A stretch of DNA of 64,000 nucleotides from Spirochaetia bacterium (GTDB lineage: Bacteria; Spirochaetota; Spirochaetia; SP-2023), in the NCBI GenBank assembly GCA_965225855.1, contig CBDDCK010000005.1, forward strand, positions 512,001-576,000. The letters are read 5' to 3'. Shown in pieces: positions 59,748 to 64,000 of this stretch. A program made the position numbers and the translations under genes. The notes beneath the pieces were generated by a model. The model was not told the DNA's origin, searched no databases, and was given only the letters and a program-made list of their open reading frames with translations. The stretch's first letter is position 1. Each line of letters opens with the position of its first letter.

Positions 59748-62700
59748 ATGAATAAGCATAGATTATTTTTATGGCCTATAGTTTTGCTATTGGGCTTGGG
59801 TATGGCGTTTTCCTGCGCCCCGCCCGATGATGATGATGGACCATCGAAGCCGTCTAAACCGACTATTAGTAGGGTTATGTACGATTTTCATACGGCTGAG
59901 CTAACTTTAAATGGTAGCAACCTGCCTACCACAGATTTGCAGTTGGATAAGATTTACGTTGGTCTTAAAGGCACTGAAATTGCTTTGAAAGATAGTTCTG
60001 GAGCAAAAGCTGAACAAGTGTCTATCACAACGAGTAAGCATATCTATAAAATTACGGATCCTGCTCTTGATTCAGTTTTTGAAAAAGATGGTAAATTGAA
60101 TGAGAGTGGTACGGCCTATAACCTAAAGCTGGAAGCAAATTGGGTAATGGCTGACACAGGTTCACAGCAGGATACAATTGAAATTTCGGTTAGAAATGTT
60201 ACCGATGAACCAGGTCTTACAAAAGTGCTTATGGAAAAATCAGGTAGCGATTATGATTTAACGCTAGAGGGATATAATCTAGGTACGGAAGAATTGCAGT
60301 TGGGTAAGATTTCCGTTTCTGTAGGTACTGATGAAAGTACCTTGGATGGCAAAGTATCTAAGGTCGGTTCCCCAACAAGTAGAATGCACAGCTATAGAAT
60401 TAATGATCCTACTCTTAAAGGCTACTTTGACAAAGATGGTGGAATGGCTGCAGATAATGATCAATACGAATTGAAACTAGAGGCAAATTGGGTAACGACT
60501 ACCACAGGTGCAGCTATAGAAAGTATCCAAATTGAGGTTAGTGGCTTTAGTACTAAAGTAAACGAGGCAAGCTACAATGTTAGCACTGATATCTTAACCT
60601 TAGAGGGTGCTAACTTAGCTAGTGCGACTGCGACCCAAGAGCAAATCCGAACTATCAGGGTAGATGGCGTAGCCTTAGATTCCTATACTTCAGATGTTAC
60701 AGCCAGTGGGCCGAATAGTGATAGTATTGTAGCAGGTAGCTACCGCTTTAAAAACGATGGCACAACGCTTTGGATTAAACTTACATCTGTAGATGCAACT
60801 GAGCTTGAGGACAAGCCAGGTATGGATTCTGATGGTACAAAAGCCGGTAAGCTTGGGGTTGGCGCTGGTGCTTGGGCTGGTTTAGATACAGCTAAAGACT
60901 TAATGGTTACTGGAAACTCATCACCATCTAGCCCTACCCCTGCAATCACCAGTGCAACCTATGCTACAAATACAGGCATGTTAGTGATTACAGGTACTAA
61001 TTTACCAACAGCAGTTGCAGGCTGGGACTTCACCAAATTGAAGTTGACCGCAGGTGTTGATGAGACCGCATTAAGTGAGCACCAATCTTCAGGTGCAAAC
61101 ATAGCTACAGGTACTTTACCAAGTACAACAAGCTTAACGATTACTTTAACGGGTACTGAAAAAACCAAAGCCGATGGTATACTGGATAATAATGGTCTTC
61201 GTGCTAAGGATGGTGATAAATACAACCTTAAAGCAGAAGCAGGATTTATTAAAGCTAGTACAAGCGCAGCAGACCTAACAGGTAATGATATTAACGTTAG
61301 TGGATACCCACCACCAGCTAACCCTACAATCACCAGTGCAACCTACAATGTTGGTACAGGTGAATTAGTGATTACAGGTACTAATTTACCATCAACAGTT
61401 GCAGGCTGGGACTTCACTAAATTGAAGTTTGTCAAAGGTGATGGTACTACTGAGAGTACTGCATTAAGTGGGCACCAATCTTCAAGTGGAGACACAGCCA
61501 CAGGTTCTAATCCAAGTTTAACAGGCTTAACAATTACTTTAACGGGTACTGAAAAAACCAAAGCCGATGATGTACTGAATATAAATGGTGATAGTGATGC
61601 TATTGGTAAATACAACCTTAAAGCAGAAGCAGGATTTGTACGTGCTAGTACAAGTGTAGCAGACCTAGCAGGTAATGATATTACCGTTAGTGGAAACCCA
61701 GCTAAAGTAGCCCAGGGAAGCTACGATGTTAGCACTGATATCTTAACCTTAGAGGGTACTAACTTAGCTAGTGCGACCCAAGGACAAATCCAAACCATCA
61801 GGGTAGATGGCATAGACTTAACTTCCTATACTCCAGATGACACAGCCACTGGGCCGAATAGTGATGGTATTGCAGCAGGTCGCTACCGCATTAAAACCGA
61901 TGGCACAGCGATTTGGATTAAACTTACCAATGGAAATGCAGGTACGCTTGAGGCCAAGGGAGGTATGGATTCTGATGGTAGCAAAGCCGATAAGCTTGAT
62001 GTTAGCACTGGTACTTGGGGTGGTTTAGGTACAGCCAAAGCCTTGGTCGTTAGTGGAATCCCTACAATCACCAGTGCAACCTACGATGTTGTTACAGGCG
62101 CGTTAGTGATTGCAGGTACTAATTTACCATCAACAGTTGCAGGCTGGGACTTCACTAAATTGAAGTTTGTCAAAGGTGATGGTACTACTGATAGTACTGC
62201 ATTAAGTGGGCACCAATCTTCAAGTGGAGACACAGCCACAGGTTCTAATCCAAGTTTAACAGGCTTAACAATTACTTTAACGGGTACTGAAAAAACCAAA
62301 GCCGATGATGTACTGAATATAAATGGTGATAGTGATGCTATTGGTAAATACAACCTTAAAGCAGAAGCAGGATTTGTACGTGCTAGTACAAGTGTAGCAG
62401 ACCTAGCAGGTAATGATATTACCGTTAGTGGAAACCCAGCTAAAGTAACCCAGGGAAGCTACGATGTTAGCACTGATATCTTAACCGTAGAGGGTACTAA
62501 CTTAGCTAGTGCGACCCAAGGACAAATCCAAACCATCAGGGTAGATGGCATAGACTTAACTTCCTATACTGCCGATGACACAGCCACTGGGCCGAATGGT
62601 GATAGTATTGTAGCAGGTCGCTACCGCATTAAAACCGATGGCACAGCGATTTGGATTAAACTTACCAGTGCAAATGCAATTGATCTTGAGGACAATGCAG

Positions 62701-62801
62701 GTATGGATTCTAATGGTAACAAAGCCGATAAGCTTGGGGTTAGGACTGGTACTTGGGCTGGTTTAGGTACAGCCAAAGTCTTGGTCGTTAGTGGAAACTG
62801 A
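59748..62801 (+). CDS. Large modular surface lipoprotein (lipoprotein 2), eight beta-rich repeat domains
   Basis: GGAGG RBS; signal peptide ending AFS-C, then APPDDDD; domain order C-C-A-B-B-A-B-A. Confidence 0.88.
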   Translation: MNKHRLFLWPIVLLLGLGMAFSCAPPDDDDGPSKPSKPTISRVMYDFHTAELTLNGSNLPTTDLQLDKIYVGLKGTEIALKDSSGAKAEQVSITTSKHIYKITDPALDSVFEKDGKLNESGTAYNLKLEANWVMADTGSQQDTIEISVRNVTDEPGLTKVLMEKSGSDYDLTLEGYNLGTEELQLGKISVSVGTDESTLDGKVSKVGSPTSRMHSYRINDPTLKGYFDKDGGMAADNDQYELKLEANWVTTTTGAAIESIQIEVSGFSTKVNEASYNVSTDILTLEGANLASATATQEQIRTIRVDGVALDSYTSDVTASGPNSDSIVAGSYRFKNDGTTLWIKLTSVDATELEDKPGMDSDGTKAGKLGVGAGAWAGLDTAKDLMVTGNSSPSSPTPAITSATYATNTGMLVITGTNLPTAVAGWDFTKLKLTAGVDETALSEHQSSGANIATGTLPSTTSLTITLTGTEKTKADGILDNNGLRAKDGDKYNLKAEAGFIKASTSAADLTGNDINVSGYPPPANPTITSATYNVGTGELVITGTNLPSTVAGWDFTKLKFVKGDGTTESTALSGHQSSSGDTATGSNPSLTGLTITLTGTEKTKADDVLNINGDSDAIGKYNLKAEAGFVRASTSVADLAGNDITVSGNPAKVAQGSYDVSTDILTLEGTNLASATQGQIQTIRVDGIDLTSYTPDDTATGPNSDGIAAGRYRIKTDGTAIWIKLTNGNAGTLEAKGGMDSDGSKADKLDVSTGTWGGLGTAKALVVSGIPTITSATYDVVTGALVIAGTNLPSTVAGWDFTKLKFVKGDGTTDSTALSGHQSSSGDTATGSNPSLTGLTITLTGTEKTKADDVLNINGDSDAIGKYNLKAEAGFVRASTSVADLAGNDITVSGNPAKVTQGSYDVSTDILTVEGTNLASATQGQIQTIRVDGIDLTSYTADDTATGPNGDSIVAGRYRIKTDGTAIWIKLTSANAIDLEDNAGMDSNGNKADKLGVRTGTWAGLGTAKVLVVSGN
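61322..62797. repeat. 738-bp intragenic tandem duplication (B+A domain pair)
   Basis: CCCTACAATCACCAGTGCAACCTAC at 61322 and 62060; long identical stretches follow. Confidence 0.93.
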
Positions 62802-62875
62802 GCAGGATTATAATTATTGCTATAATCAATGATTGTCTGGCTTATTTTTAGCTTTTAGAGCATTATGCTTATTCA

Positions 62876-62923
62876 GCAAGCAAGGTTTTGGGTTTAATCC
62901 CAAGGCCTTGCTTGCCTTTTTTT
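62876..62923 (+). terminator. Rho-independent terminator
   Basis: GCAAGCAAGGTTTTGGG / CCCAAGGCCTTGCTTGC stem followed by a T run. Confidence 0.85.
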
Positions 62924-63122
62924 GGGTGTAACCTATGGCTAGTAACAACAAACCAAGTTAGTAGTGGGTTGCGACTAGCTTGGTAGTGGAATGATTCGCT
63001 ACCAGAGTCTAGCTTTTAGAATGGACTGCCTTATTTGTGGGGTGCTAGTTAAAACCAAACTCTTGCTTTGTAGGTTATATTGGGGTAAATCGTATTTACA
63101 ATCGTTATAAAGGGCCCATACA

Positions 63123-63704
63123 ATGACTGATCAAGAATTAAAAGACTTAGTAGCAAGCTTAGCCATTGCTCAAGCCAAGACCGATAAGCAAATTCGCACT
63201 TCCCAAGCCAAGACCGATAAGCAATTGGCCAAAACCGACCAGAAAGTCGCTGAAACTACCCAAGGGCTCAATGATTTGAAAAAGCTGTTTGGCAGTGCCC
63301 AGAACAACCAAGGGCAAATCAATGAAGAATTTATATGCAACAGTATAGCAACCAACGGCAAGGTGCTCTGGGGCGTTTGTTACGATTATATAGAGCGCAA
63401 TGTCAAAAGCCGTTTTGGCCAGACCCAAGGCCAGTACGACTGCGTTGCCTACAATAGTAATAGCATTGCGATTGTCGAAGTCAAGAGCAAAGCCCATATC
63501 AACGATATAGCCAAATTCCCCAAGATGATAAGGAAGTTCCGCATTCTGTATCCGATGTACAAAGACTTTAAGATTTACATAGGGATTGCCTCTTTGCATA
63601 TCAATAATGATGTAGTAAAGGAATGCCAAGACAAAGGCTATGGTATCTTGCGGTTGTCGGGCAACACACTGGAAGAACTGGCTAGCAAGCTTATCACTCA
63701 ATAA
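63123..63704 (+). CDS. Coiled-coil + PD-(D/E)xK domain protein (DUF3782-like), copy 2
   Basis: As copy 1, one heptad shorter. Confidence 0.8.
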   Translation: MTDQELKDLVASLAIAQAKTDKQIRTSQAKTDKQLAKTDQKVAETTQGLNDLKKLFGSAQNNQGQINEEFICNSIATNGKVLWGVCYDYIERNVKSRFGQTQGQYDCVAYNSNSIAIVEVKSKAHINDIAKFPKMIRKFRILYPMYKDFKIYIGIASLHINNDVVKECQDKGYGILRLSGNTLEELASKLITQ

Positions 63705-63784
63705 GGCTCTACTAGCTCAAACGGATAAAGTCCAAGCCAAAGTCGAGGCCGCACTACAGTTATAAATGAATGAAACAAGAAAAA

Positions 63785-63857
63785 TCGGGGTGGAGGGACT
63801 CGAACCCCCGATCTTCTGCTCCCAAAGCAGACGCCTTAGCCACTAGGCTACACCCCG
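63785..63857 (-). tRNA. tRNA-Pro (TGG), CCA not encoded
   Basis: CGGGGTGTAGCCTAGTGGCTAAGGCGTCTGCTTTGGGAGCAGAAGATCGGGGGTTCGAGTCCCTCCACCCCGA folds as a cloverleaf with anticodon loop TTTGGGA. Confidence 0.97.
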
Positions 63858-63870
63858 TTTAAGTACCCAA

Positions 63871-63899
63871 AATATAACCAACTCATTGAATTGAGTCAA
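63871..63899 (-). promoter_or_regulatory. tRNA-Pro promoter
   Basis: Minus strand TTGACT-17 bp-TATATT just upstream of the tRNA. Confidence 0.75.
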
Positions 63900-64000
63900 C
63901 GACAAAATAAATTAATTTGCTACAATGTTTACTAACTTACCTTGCACTACAATTTCTTTGCGAATATTTTTACCAGCAAGTTGTTGTTGCACTTTCCGCT

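Larger units (their letters stand above)
63071..63883. repeat. Direct repeat copy 2 (DUF3782-like gene + intact tRNA-Pro)
   Basis: Near-identical to 58683-59470. Confidence 0.95.

Noticed and set aside
58771..63701. Long antisense ORFs 58771-59334 and 63159-63701
   Set aside because: Codon-aligned shadows of the plus-strand DUF3782-like genes, with no recognisable motifs.

Overview
AT-rich bacterial chromosomal window. The housekeeping genes (metG, carD, ispF, LCP protein, der, Asp23-like P-loop protein) look most like those of a spirochaete, which is an inference from protein resemblance. From left to right: (1) metG (partial), leuD, a small membrane gene, leuC and a GT4-like glycosyltransferase. 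(2) A ~26 kb defence island (6.7-32.6 kb) with no visible integrase or transposase. It holds three intact Type III mod genes with different target-recognition domains, two res genes, an orphan M.RsrI-like methylase, an AvaI/BsoBI-like RM pair with a frameshifted endonuclease, an SRA-HNH nuclease, a HEPN/MNT pair, two ATPase+partner pairs and an HU-Ig protein. Scattered mod fragments and 22-23 bp dyad-symmetric tandem arrays mark cassette junctions. (3) Core genes ispF, carD, LCP, der and dedA. (4) Two paralogous modular surface lipoproteins, one followed by a 19x23 bp array and the other enclosed by ~0.8 kb direct repeats that include tRNA-Pro or its fragment. (5) A stand-alone cytidylyltransferase-PEP mutase (phosphonate biosynthesis). 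(6) An 11.5 kb iron/siderophore uptake cluster (FecCD-type ABC, frameshifted MptD-type ECF, flavin reductase, YbtPQ/IrtAB-like pair). The most striking observation is that the M.RsrI-like gene sits inside the hollowed-out shell of a mod gene, suggesting mod termini serve as landing pads for defence cassettes. All family assignments come from motif recognition without database searches.
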